DNA of 64,000 nucleotides from Alphaproteobacteria bacterium (GCA_964291215.2 OZ219791.1:1696001-1760000); one strand, 5' to 3'. Positions 44,589 to 54,340 are shown, counted from the stretch's first letter. A program made the numbers and translations. The notes: generated by a model not told the origin, from the letters alone.

Positions 44589-45689
44589 TTGGACCAGCGA
44601 ACCAGACCGCCCTTCCGGGCGGACCATGTCGGCAGCTTTCTGAGGCCGCGGGACCTTGTCGTGGCGCGCGAACGGGTGTGGGCCGGCGATCTTCCGGCCG
44701 CGGACGCGCGGGCGATCGAGGACGCCTGTGTTCGCGACGTGGTCGCGATGCAGGAAGAGCTTGGCTTTTCGGCGGTAACCGACGGCGAATTCAGACGTGA
44801 TTACTGGCATCTCGATTTCTTGTGGGGCATGGGCGGTGTCACCCGCTGGGATGCGCAACGGCTCCCCAACTTCTCCAACGACAAGCAGCCGCCGACGGCG
44901 CGGGTCGAGGCGAAGGTGTCCAATCCCGGCGGCGTATTCACGAATATGTACCGGTTTGTCCACGGGATCACGTCGCGGGTGGGCAAGCAGACCATACCGG
45001 GTCCGGCAATGATTCATTTGCGGGCCGGCCGAGAGGCCGTCGACCCGGATGCCTATCCGGAGATGGACGACTTCTGGAGTGACTGGGTGGCAGTCTACCG
45101 CGCCGAGGTCGCTGCGCTCTATGAGGCGGGGTGCCGCTATCTCCAGATCGACGACGTGAGTTTCGCCTATCTGTGCGACGACAAGATGCGCGCGGCGTTT
45201 CGCGAGCGCGGGGACGACCCCGACCGTCTCGCCGGATTCTATGCCCGGCTTATCAATGAAGCGGTTGGTGAGCGCCCCGTCGACATGGCGGTTACCGTCC
45301 ATACCTGTCGCGGCAATTTCCAGTCGAGTTGGATGGCCGAAGGCGGTTATGAACCGGTTGCAGAGACCGTTTTCAGCAGCCTTGCAGTTGACGGCATATT
45401 CATGGAGTTTGACAGCGAACGGGCCGGTGGTTTCGAACCCCTGCGCTTTCTTTCCGAAGGGCAGGTCGCGGTTCTCGGCCTGATCACGACCAAGACTCCC
45501 GCACTGGAAGCAAAGGACGATGTGAAGCGCCGGATAGAGCAGGCGTCGCAATTCGTGCCGATCGAGAATCTCTGCCTGAGTCCGCAATGCGGGTTCGCGA
45601 GCACCCATCACGGCAATGCCGTGACGATGGACGATCAGAAACGTAAACTGTCCCTCGTCGTCGAGACGGCGAGCGAAGTGTGGGGATAA
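44589..45689 (+). CDS. Cobalamin-independent methionine synthase II family protein (single-barrel MetE/YxjH-like)
   Basis: RADHVGSFLRP, TDGEFRR, HTCRGN, LSPQCGFAS Zn ligands; TTG start 1 bp after the ligB-like stop. Confidence 0.9.
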   Translation: MDQRTRPPFRADHVGSFLRPRDLVVARERVWAGDLPAADARAIEDACVRDVVAMQEELGFSAVTDGEFRRDYWHLDFLWGMGGVTRWDAQRLPNFSNDKQPPTARVEAKVSNPGGVFTNMYRFVHGITSRVGKQTIPGPAMIHLRAGREAVDPDAYPEMDDFWSDWVAVYRAEVAALYEAGCRYLQIDDVSFAYLCDDKMRAAFRERGDDPDRLAGFYARLINEAVGERPVDMAVTVHTCRGNFQSSWMAEGGYEPVAETVFSSLAVDGIFMEFDSERAGGFEPLRFLSEGQVAVLGLITTKTPALEAKDDVKRRIEQASQFVPIENLCLSPQCGFASTHHGNAVTMDDQKRKLSLVVETASEVWG

Positions 45690-45856
45690 ACGTCAGGAGG
45701 CCCTTGCAAAATTCTCGCATCGGCTGAATGAAACACAATATAGAGCCTGATGCGAATCGCGGCCTCCATATATGGAACGCTTGTGGCCCACATCCGACTT
45801 TTGCAAGATGCTCGTCAGCATTTACGGCGCGGGGTTGCTGGCAACCGTATCGGTTA

Positions 45857-46717
45857 TCACGCGACCTCGTCGATCACGCTATTGCCGAGAACGCCGATCC
45901 CTGAAACCTCAACCTCGATCCTGTCGCCCGGAATCATCCAGCGGGGAGGATCGAACCGCACACCGGCCCCTGTTGGCGTTCCGGTCGAAATGATGTCGCC
46001 ACGCTGCAGCGTCATGAAGGTCGAGATGTAGCTGATCAGATAGGAAAAATCGAAAATCAGGCGCGCGGTCGTATCTTCCTGGCGCACCTCGCCATTGACG
46101 CGGGTCTGGAGGTGAAGGTCGTCATACCCGTCGAATTCGTCGGCGGTCACCATCCACGGGCCAATTGCGCCGGAGCGATCGAAGTTCTTGCCTTGGGTAA
46201 CATTGAACTTGGCGTGGCGGGTCCAGTCCCGGACCGTGCCTTCGTTCAGGCACGTCAGCGCGCCAATATGGGCGAGCGCCTTCTCGCGAGGAATCCGTCG
46301 TCCTCCTTCGCCAAGGATGATCGCTATCTCGCCTTCGTAATCCAGCTTGTCAGATTCCAGCGGCCGCACAAGCGGCGTGTCATGTCCGACGAAGGAGTCA
46401 TGCGTTCTGAAAAACAGGCCGGGATAGGTCGAGGGATCCGAATTGTCCTTGTACTCCTCATTGCGGTCACGGTAGTTGATGCCGACACAAAGGATTCGCG
46501 CAGCCGGCGCGACGGGAATCAGGAGCGTCACGTCATCCAGCGCGTGACGGGCGCTGCTGCCCGCGACGATCTCTTCCGCTTCGGTTCTTCGCTCTGGATC
46601 GAACAGGTCGTCGAGCTCTTGAACGCCTTCGATCCGTCCAGCGAGATCAACGATTCCGTCCTCTTTCACGGCGCCAAAGGATGTCCTGCCGTCAGCTTCA
46701 TAGGCTGCGATCTTCAT
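45857..46717 (-). CDS. Fumarylacetoacetate hydrolase family protein
   Basis: CVGINY, LDYEGEIA, NEGTVRD, GKNFD..G..GPW, GDIISTGTP. Confidence 0.92.
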   Translation of the reverse strand: MKIAAYEADGRTSFGAVKEDGIVDLAGRIEGVQELDDLFDPERRTEAEEIVAGSSARHALDDVTLLIPVAPAARILCVGINYRDRNEEYKDNSDPSTYPGLFFRTHDSFVGHDTPLVRPLESDKLDYEGEIAIILGEGGRRIPREKALAHIGALTCLNEGTVRDWTRHAKFNVTQGKNFDRSGAIGPWMVTADEFDGYDDLHLQTRVNGEVRQEDTTARLIFDFSYLISYISTFMTLQRGDIISTGTPTGAGVRFDPPRWMIPGDRIEVEVSGIGVLGNSVIDEVA

Positions 46718-46907
46718 GTCTTTCCGTCCTGTAGTCTTGTCGGTTGGGCTGGGTAGACGAGTTGCCGGCGAGCTTGGCTGGGCAGTTCAGTATAATCCAT
46801 TCCGTCACTCCTGTAAGGCCAGCCGGGCTAGCGGATTATCGACATCATGCCTGACCACTTGGTGTCGAGCGTCGATGGCTCGGGCTGACGCCGCACCGAG
46901 GCGGTCG

Positions 46908-48320
46908 TCAGGCGGGTTTCGTATCGGTCAGGGGCGGCCTGGCGGGGTTTACCGCGACGACTTTCTCGGCCTGCATTCCCTCGATCCAGCGGCCCAGGCT
47001 GCGGTGGTCGCAGACCAGGTCCGTCCCGGTTTCCGAAGGCATCGATCCGGGTGGGAAGGCGGTGTGGTTGTTGATCAGTACGCTACGCGCCGCAAGGGCG
47101 TCAGCAATCTCGATAGCGGTGCCGATGTCCCGGGCCAGAACGGCTGCCCGCTCCGCCGGCGGACCGTCGACGCGCGTCAGCATGTCATCAGGCTTGAACC
47201 ACGGAATGACGCACACCGCGGGACCGGACGCCATTTCCATCAGCAGCCGGGATCGTGGCGGAGGGTTGAAAATGACGGTCGGAGCGTAGAGCGTATCGGT
47301 GAACTTCTGGCCTCCGGTGAGCAGCTGACCGCCGCCGTCGACGGCCTCTTGCACCAGTTCGCTGATGCGGTCCGCGGCGGCCGGCCGGATGAGCGGGCCG
47401 ATCTCGGTGTCTTTCCGGGCCGGGTCGCCGATGCGGATGCCGGAAGCCTTCATTGCCAGCTGGGTGGCGAGACGCGTGGCGATGCGCGTGTGCGCGTAGA
47501 TCCTTTGAATCGAGCCATGCATCTGCCCGGCATGCCGGAAACACCCGCGCAGCAGTATCTCGCGTGCCTCGTAGACATCAATATCGCCGGCCACGACCGA
47601 CGGAACTCCGGCTCCCCGTTTCGCCGCATCGGGCCCGGTAGAGCCTCCGCGCGCCGCGCGCGGAGGAAGAACTGCAAGCGGATTCCGGGCGAGTTGGGCG
47701 GCCGCCTCGTTATCGTCGGTTATGACCGTCTGGATCCAGTTTTCCGGCAAACCTGCCTCTACTAGGATTTCTGCAAAGGCGATGCAGGATAGCGGCGTAT
47801 CCGGCGCCGGCAGCATTATCGCCGGACACCCGGCAGCGATCGCCGCCGCGGCCTGGCGGACGATGGATCCGAGCGGATCGCGAAAACAGCCTTGGGCGAC
47901 AACCACCCCGGCGGGCACCGTGCTTGTCGCAACGATATGTGTGTCGTCGCCGGCGAGCGCCGCTGCGGGACCGCTCCGGTCCGAGGGGGACAGGGCAGCA
48001 GCCGCGCATGTGCGAACGTGATCGATCGCGAGGCGGACCTCGGCCAGAGCCTCCCGGTATGGCTTGCCGCTTTCCCGCGTGATGCATGCTGAGAGTTCCG
48101 CAAGCTGGGACTCCAAGAGCCTCGCGGCATGTTCGAGAATCCCGAACCGCCGTTCCCGCGCCAGCCGCCGGCTGCGGTTCCGGTAGAGGTCGGCCGCCAG
48201 GAAGAGCGCTTGATCGGCGTCGACCGCACTCTGGCGGGCGAGCGTGCCTATGGTCGACTGGTCGAAGGGATTCTTGACGATGAGCGGGATGTTAGGGGAA
48301 TGGGCAGCGGCTTCGAGCAT
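46908..48320 (-). CDS. Aldehyde dehydrogenase-like protein with degenerate active site
   Basis: ESGKP, AAGCP, IGDP...IGPLI scaffold recognisable; GQxC reads GQMH, FN reads FR, FxGS and ExGG motifs missing. Confidence 0.7.
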   Translation of the reverse strand: MLEAAAHSPNIPLIVKNPFDQSTIGTLARQSAVDADQALFLAADLYRNRSRRLARERRFGILEHAARLLESQLAELSACITRESGKPYREALAEVRLAIDHVRTCAAAALSPSDRSGPAAALAGDDTHIVATSTVPAGVVVAQGCFRDPLGSIVRQAAAAIAAGCPAIMLPAPDTPLSCIAFAEILVEAGLPENWIQTVITDDNEAAAQLARNPLAVLPPRAARGGSTGPDAAKRGAGVPSVVAGDIDVYEAREILLRGCFRHAGQMHGSIQRIYAHTRIATRLATQLAMKASGIRIGDPARKDTEIGPLIRPAAADRISELVQEAVDGGGQLLTGGQKFTDTLYAPTVIFNPPPRSRLLMEMASGPAVCVIPWFKPDDMLTRVDGPPAERAAVLARDIGTAIEIADALAARSVLINNHTAFPPGSMPSETGTDLVCDHRSLGRWIEGMQAEKVVAVNPARPPLTDTKPA

Positions 48321-48694
48321 CGGTTCGGCAAGGAGTATTCGGGATTCGGGTTGGTTGATGATGACAATAGTGCGGTAATGCCGGTGGTCCACCGTTGCTG
48401 CTGCGGACAGGTTCCGGACGGTACTGACCGACCGTTGCTACATTGTGACGGCCAATCAGCGGCGCTGCAATCGGTCCCTGAACTCGATCGGATCCGATCG
48501 GGGCAAGGGGCGATGTGCGGGTCCTGAGCCCGGAAGCGCCGGCGATGCAGACAGACGGCGGGTGCTACTGGTCCGCTATCTGTTGAGTTCCGAGCGGCGA
48601 ATGGGCAAGTTTTACCCGCGCAACACGGCCTCACCCGGCGGGACTGTTTGACGGTTCACGGCCCGGGGTCGGGCTCGACACGGATGGTGCGGCC

Positions 48695-49156
48695 ATGAAA
48701 CTTCCGGATGACGCATTCACGGTAACGAGAGAGATTCGCTTCTCCGAGTCGGATCCGGCCGGAATAGTTTTCTTTGCAGAGTTCTTCCGCATGTTCAACG
48801 ACCTGTTCGAAGACTGGCTGGTCAAGCGCCTCGGCATAGACTTTGCCCGTCAGTTCCGGGTTGAGGAGCGCATGTTTCCGCTGATGCATGTGTCGGCCGA
48901 TTTCAAGGAAGGACGGATGATGGGTCAGTCCATCAGTCTCACTCTTCTCCTTACACGGCTCGGACGTTCGTCTATAGCCTATGACATTATCGGCCACGAC
49001 GAGGGGCGTGAAGTGTTGCGAGGATCATTCGTGAATTGCGTAGCGTCGAAGAAGACGATGAAGTCCATCGAAATCCCTCCGGAAATCCGGATTCCGATGG
49101 AAGCCTATCTCGAAACCTGCGGCAGCTGGTCCGGAGACTCCGGCAATTCGTCATGA
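48695..49156 (+). CDS. Acyl-CoA thioesterase (4-hydroxybenzoyl-CoA thioesterase family)
   Basis: IRFSESDPAGIVFF, LGRSS hotdog motifs. Confidence 0.88.
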   Translation: MKLPDDAFTVTREIRFSESDPAGIVFFAEFFRMFNDLFEDWLVKRLGIDFARQFRVEERMFPLMHVSADFKEGRMMGQSISLTLLLTRLGRSSIAYDIIGHDEGREVLRGSFVNCVASKKTMKSIEIPPEIRIPMEAYLETCGSWSGDSGNSS

Positions 49157-49495
49157 AGCGTGTGCAGATGTTGTGGATTTAGCTGGATCAATACTCTCTT
49201 CGGCGACGACCCGCCGGTTGCGCGCGGTCTGCGGGCGGATGGCAGGTTCTGGAGATATCGGACCGGTCTCGGCGCCGGATTGCGCACTGCTGTGGTGTCG
49301 AACACTGCTGGCGTCACATCCGCTGCAATGTCCCTGTGATGCCATGCGTTACGAAGACATCGTCCCGTGCCGTCGTCTGGCATAATTCTGCTGCCCGATA
49401 TCGGGTTCATGCCTTGAAAGGGTCTCGAAGCATGCGCCTTTACAGATGTTGGCGTTGCGTGAGATCCAGCCGGTTGAGCGATTGTGGGCTACGCC

Positions 49496-49964
49496 ATGAG
49501 GCTCTGGGCGGTATCCGATGTTCATCTCGCGCATTCCTGGAATCGGGGAGCTTTCGAAGTCTGTCCGTCATATTCCCACGACTGGCTCATTCTGGCCGGC
49601 GACATCGTCGACGGATATCACCGGTTCGATTGGTGTCTCGATTCGCTGAAGAGGAAGTTCGGACAGCTCGTACGGGGGCGACTGGAGCGCATGGCTGAGA
49701 CTCTTTGGCCACGCGCAACAATCCGCCGCCCATGGCCGGACCAGCGGTTCGCCGTCATGCACCCGAGGCCGAATGGATTAACATCCACGTCCGGATCTGC
49801 GCGGGGGGAGGGGGGCAGCAGTGCGCATTCCTACCGTAACGGCTAGGCCGGGCGGCGCCGACAAACCACGCGGTGCGGCGCTTTACGAAAAGCTTGTCGC
49901 GATTGCCTGCGATCACGGCGTTATCACGCCCGAGGACCACTACCTGAAATTCCCGCATCCCTCC
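49496..49964 (+). pseudogene. Metallophosphoesterase, interrupted and truncated
   Basis: LWAVSDVH, WLILAGD; resumes after the intron remnant as RGAALYEKLV...GVITPED; GNH motif missing; cut by MITE copy 3. Confidence 0.75.
49671..49840 (+). mobile_element. Group II intron 3'-end remnant (RT/maturase tail plus domains V-VI)
   Basis: WPRATIRRPWPDQRFAVMHPR tail followed by GCCGAATG...CACGTCCGGATCTGCGCGGGGGG...CCTACCGTAAC. Confidence 0.7.
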
Positions 49965-50152
49965 CACGACGATCCCATGCTAATTCAGAGACGCGAAATC
50001 CGAATGCGTTGGGGCTCATCACAGATCACCTCTTTGATCGCAATTTTCGTGCCAAGAAGGCCCCATCAAGCCTTGGCGGCACGATTGCAGCGCGACGCAA
50101 ACTGAGAAAATCTCGCCAGTCGTCGCCGGATTAGCAGCGTGGGATCACCGTG
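49965..50152 (+). repeat. ~190-bp MITE-like repeat, copy 3
   Basis: CACGACGATCCCATGCT...AGCGTGGGATCACCGTG; no TSD. Confidence 0.9.
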
Positions 50153-50760
50153 GGGAAAGTCCTGGGGTTACGATCAGTGCAACTACCAGCCGTGCGGCAG
50201 CCACTTCCTGCGCGAACCGACTTTTGTCGTCGAGTCTAACCGCTTGCGTTGGCGTGGCTGATGGAGGAGCTGCTGCGCAAGGTCTGCCACAAGGTCAACC
50301 CGATCGCATCCAAGACCCTGGACGAGGCTGACTGTCGGGTTGTACGCAAACGGTACCGCACGATCCTGACCCAGGACGTCAGGGAACTGCCCGAAATCCC
50401 GCTACGCCCGAAAGGAACAGGGGGGCGCGTCGCGAGGCCCGACGCGCACAACCTGCACAAACGCCTCGAGAACCACAGGAAGTTCGTCCTGCGCTTTATG
50501 AAAGGCCCCGATGTCAGCTTCAACAACAATACCGGAGAACAGAAGATCCGAATGGTAAAGGTCAAGATCAAGGTGTCTGGATGCTTCCGCACCATGCTCC
50601 ACGCAACCGCCTGGTGCCGGAGCTCAAGCTATTTGAGCTCCATGGCGACACTCCGCTATAATCCTCTCGTCGTAATTCAGATCGCGCTCGCCCGAAAGGC
50701 CGTAGACATGATCAAGTTGCACGACGACCAATCGGACTCTAAAATAGGGGCGAGTAGTTG
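50153..50760 (+). pseudogene. IS66 family transposase C-terminal fragment
   Basis: AHNLHKRL...VLRFM...VSFNNNTGEQKIRMVKVKIKVSGCFR. Confidence 0.8.
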
Positions 50761-50831
50761 CAGTCGCCCATGAGTATCTTGACACATCGGGTTCTTCCAC
50801 AACAATCTGAAGGGTAGAATCGAGCCAAGAT

Positions 50832-51878
50832 ATGGATATCCCTCCAGCAATCGTCGTTAGTTCCGGACGCTGCGGTTCGACCATGCTGTCCGACATTTTG
50901 AACTCGCATCCGGATATTCTCAGCATATCCGAATTGTTCATCCTGCAGGGCCGCGCCCTGTTCCACTATCGGCGCCTGACCGGTAACGAGATGTGGAGAA
51001 TCATTAGTAAGCAGTCAAGGGCGCAGCGTCGGCAACTCGACAGCCACTCTGAAGCTCTCTTATACCCGGTAGGCACCCCGCGTGGCCGCTATGCCGGCGC
51101 GAGTATACCTCCCATTTCGTGGGTTACGCTTCCGCACATCACCGACCGGCCCGACGAGCTGCTCGATGAACTTGAGCCGGTGATTCGCTCGCAGCCGCGT
51201 CAGTATGCGGCCGATCATTATCGAGCGATGTTTTCCTGGCTACGTCGGAAGTTCGACCGAAAGGTCTGGGTGGAACGCTCGGGCGGGGCCGGGATGTATG
51301 CGCCCAGATTAGCGACAATGTTTCCCGAGGCGAAGTTCATCCACCTCTACCGCGACGGGCGCGACACCGCCATGTCGATGAAGAATCATCCCGTGTTCCG
51401 CGAAGCCATGCGCTACATCGTGACCATGAGGAAGTATGGCGTGGATGCGTTGACGCCGATGACAGGGGTCTCGGGACATGCGTTTCGAGACTGGGCGATG
51501 CTGCGCACGCAACTCCTTATCTATGTCATCTTTCTGTTCAGCAGAACCAAAGACCGGGAATTCACCCTTCCCGAATTCGGGAAATTCTGGTCGGACATAG
51601 TGGAGCTGGCGGATCGGTTTCTCGACACGCTTCCGCCGGATAGGGTTCTGCGTGTGCGGTTCGAGGACATGCAGAACGAACCGGGGAGGGAGATTGCGCG
51701 CTTGGCGCGGTTTCTCGACCCGTCTCTCGAAGATCCGGAATGGGTGAAGGAGGCGGCCCGGATTCCCCGCCCGACACGCTCGAAGCTGAGAGACCTCAAT
51801 CCTACCGAGCGCGTCGCCTTGACCGAAGCATGTCGGCCGAGCCTTGATCGCCTCGGCTATGAATTGGGGGAAACATGA
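50832..51878 (+). CDS. Sulfotransferase family protein
   Basis: 5'-PSB loop SGRCGSTML...HPDILSISE; 3'-PB motif FIHLYRDGRDTAMS; VRFED. Confidence 0.9.
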   Translation: MDIPPAIVVSSGRCGSTMLSDILNSHPDILSISELFILQGRALFHYRRLTGNEMWRIISKQSRAQRRQLDSHSEALLYPVGTPRGRYAGASIPPISWVTLPHITDRPDELLDELEPVIRSQPRQYAADHYRAMFSWLRRKFDRKVWVERSGGAGMYAPRLATMFPEAKFIHLYRDGRDTAMSMKNHPVFREAMRYIVTMRKYGVDALTPMTGVSGHAFRDWAMLRTQLLIYVIFLFSRTKDREFTLPEFGKFWSDIVELADRFLDTLPPDRVLRVRFEDMQNEPGREIARLARFLDPSLEDPEWVKEAARIPRPTRSKLRDLNPTERVALTEACRPSLDRLGYELGET

Positions 51879-54340
51879 ATCCATCACGTGCAGCCGGGAC
51901 CGGCCTGATAGGCGCACTCCCGTTTTCGGTCACGCTGCTGCTTGTGCCACTGGTGATAGCCATGGCACTGGACTTGTTGCCCGACTTCATTCCATGGGTT
52001 GTTCCATGGGTTATCTTGCCGCTTGTGCCCTACATCAAGATTCTAGAAATGTTATGCAAGAGCGATGTTCCGAATCTGGATCGTAATACGCCAGAGTCTA
52101 AGGTGTTCTGGCATATCGCTATCCTCGTTTTGTGGGCCGTACTTTATCCCTTGTTGGTGATCTTCATACTTTGGGCCGTATGCAACATACCGACCTTGTT
52201 GCTCTACGAACGTTTTGTTCTGGTTGTGTTTTGCGGAATGCTCGGGAGGCTCATCACTATAACATCGCACGACCTGATTCACAGGCCAACAGCATGGATG
52301 CGATGGTTGGCGGCATTCACGATGGGCGCAATCGCCATGCCGCACATGCACACGGAGCATGTCTACATGCACCATGCGGATGTCGCAACGCCGCGTGATA
52401 GGGAGTCCGCACGATTGGGGCAAAGCTATTATAGCTACTTTCTTACTGTACTTCCCTACGTCTATACGGAAGCCATTCGCGTCCAGCATCGCCGGTTGGC
52501 CCGTCGCGGTCTATCGTTCTGGCACAAGTCTAATCCGGTCTGGCTGTGGGCCGCCTTGTGGATCGGCTGGCCTGCTCTGGCGCTTGCTATCGGAGGATGG
52601 GCAGGGCTCGCAGCTTGGGTGTTTATTGTTCTGTTCGCAGCCTGGGGGATCAGAGCCGTCGACTACATACAACATTACGGTTTGCAACGTATTTTGAAGC
52701 CGAATGGCAAGTACGAACGGATCCAGCCGCATCATTCCTGGAATCACTCCAGTCCGTCGAACTATCTGTATTTTTCCATACAGCGGCACTCGGATCATCA
52801 CGACAAACCCACCAAGCCGTATCCACTGCTTCACGGCCTTCCCGAGGGCAAGGCTCCGAGCCTTCCGTCGCACTACGGTTCGATGATGACGTTGCTTCTC
52901 TTTCCATCGGTCTGGTTCAGGAAAATGAACCCGCTTGTCGAAGAGTGGCGCCGCAAATTCTATCCTGATATCAAGGATTGGCGGGCACTCTCCAGCGAGG
53001 CTTACCGTCACCGACCCGACTCGCTCCCCTTGATTTCGGAGATCATTCAGAGCGCACCTTGTCTGGCAAGATACATGGAATCCTGTTATCCGCTCATCGA
53101 CAGCTTAACTGGCCGCCAGTTTCAGCAGATTACCGTTCCCGACAACATCGGCATGGATCCTCACGAGTTGCTCCTTGCCCAGAGGGGTTTGTTGCGGCTC
53201 CATTACGGTCATGAGTTCGGTTACAGAGAAATGATCGAGGACATGGAACTTTCGGAAACGGACATGGCTGATGAAATCGCCGAAAAAGCGCAAATCTGGT
53301 GCAATGACCAAGCTTTCCAGATCGGCGTAAGGATGATGCAGGGGCACATCCTAGGGCAGGATGCCGGCCGGCCGCTCTCCAACATGGCCGACGCGGCGGT
53401 TACTCTGCTGGCGCGGGCCGTTCTCGACGAGTTTGTTGCCCGGCGAGGCCCGGTTCCCGGCAAGGGCGTTGCTTTTGTGGCCCTTGGTCTGTTTGGCGAA
53501 CGCCGAATAACGTTCGAGTCGGAAGTTGAGATCATTGCTTTGGCGGATGGCGCATCGGATATCGAAGGGAACGGTTTTCTCGTAGAGGATCATGCCGGCG
53601 AGTTTTGTCGTAGATTCAACAAGGTCGCAGCGCAGTGGTCGACCAACAACATGCTCGTCAAGTCCGCCCATATGCGGCCCCCGGGAAGTGGAAGGCAAAA
53701 TGTTACCGGCGCGCTTGAGCGTTTTGCTAAGGGTAGTGGGAAGCCGGATGGGGAGTATTTGCGGGAATTGGCGTCGGCAAGGGTTGTGTGCGTGGCCGGT
53801 GATCGCGCAGATGAGTTCGCTGAACAGTTCGAGGAAACTAGGCGCTCCCTTCTCCTCCGGCAATCTCCGTCGGCCGCCGATGTTCTTCACCCTGTGCCCG
53901 ACGAGGAAGGCGAGCGGTTACTCCCTGAGATTTTGGAAGGACCGGGCGGTCTGAGCGATCTCCAACGGGCTGTGCTCGTGTTGCGTCTGCGCTATGGCGA
54001 GAGTTATCCGGACATGACAGATGAGGTTGGCCCTGCAGCTGTCCTGAAAAAGGCCGGAGAACACGGAATTCTCGCATCGCAGGTTGCAGAGGATCTTGCC
54101 GAGGCAGCTGACTTTCTACTGGGCTTGGAATGTGTCCTGTCACTGGTGAACGGCGGTCAGAACGATGAGGCGTATAGGGAGGACGGGGTGAAGGCTGCCA
54201 TGGCCCGGGCCTGCGATGCCGGCGACTTTGAAGAGGTCGTTGCCAAAGCGAAGACGGCGGCCGCCTGCATCGCTGCATGTCCGGTTGCGGTTCTCGGGCC
54301 CGATGCAGGGGGGGGGCAGCTGATGACCTGCCCCCGTTGA
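51875..54340 (+). CDS. Fusion protein: AlkB-type membrane diiron hydroxylase/desaturase plus GlnE-like adenylyltransferase domain
   Basis: His boxes HDLIH, EHVYMHH, DYIQHYG, PHHSWN, QRHSDHH; from about nt 53010 GlnE-like SAPCLA, FQIGV, LSNMAD, VALGLFG...SEVEI, PGGLSDL; ATGA overlap with the sulfotransferase. Confidence 0.85.
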   Translation: MNPSRAAGTGLIGALPFSVTLLLVPLVIAMALDLLPDFIPWVVPWVILPLVPYIKILEMLCKSDVPNLDRNTPESKVFWHIAILVLWAVLYPLLVIFILWAVCNIPTLLLYERFVLVVFCGMLGRLITITSHDLIHRPTAWMRWLAAFTMGAIAMPHMHTEHVYMHHADVATPRDRESARLGQSYYSYFLTVLPYVYTEAIRVQHRRLARRGLSFWHKSNPVWLWAALWIGWPALALAIGGWAGLAAWVFIVLFAAWGIRAVDYIQHYGLQRILKPNGKYERIQPHHSWNHSSPSNYLYFSIQRHSDHHDKPTKPYPLLHGLPEGKAPSLPSHYGSMMTLLLFPSVWFRKMNPLVEEWRRKFYPDIKDWRALSSEAYRHRPDSLPLISEIIQSAPCLARYMESCYPLIDSLTGRQFQQITVPDNIGMDPHELLLAQRGLLRLHYGHEFGYREMIEDMELSETDMADEIAEKAQIWCNDQAFQIGVRMMQGHILGQDAGRPLSNMADAAVTLLARAVLDEFVARRGPVPGKGVAFVALGLFGERRITFESEVEIIALADGASDIEGNGFLVEDHAGEFCRRFNKVAAQWSTNNMLVKSAHMRPPGSGRQNVTGALERFAKGSGKPDGEYLRELASARVVCVAGDRADEFAEQFEETRRSLLLRQSPSAADVLHPVPDEEGERLLPEILEGPGGLSDLQRAVLVLRLRYGESYPDMTDEVGPAAVLKKAGEHGILASQVAEDLAEAADFLLGLECVLSLVNGGQNDEAYREDGVKAAMARACDAGDFEEVVAKAKTAAACIAACPVAVLGPDAGGGQLMTCPR

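Noticed and set aside
51875-54340. Calling the fusion a functional glnE or a canonical alkB
   Set aside because: Only the C-terminal GlnE half is present with an altered DxD motif, and the AlkB motifs deviate; no gene symbol assigned.
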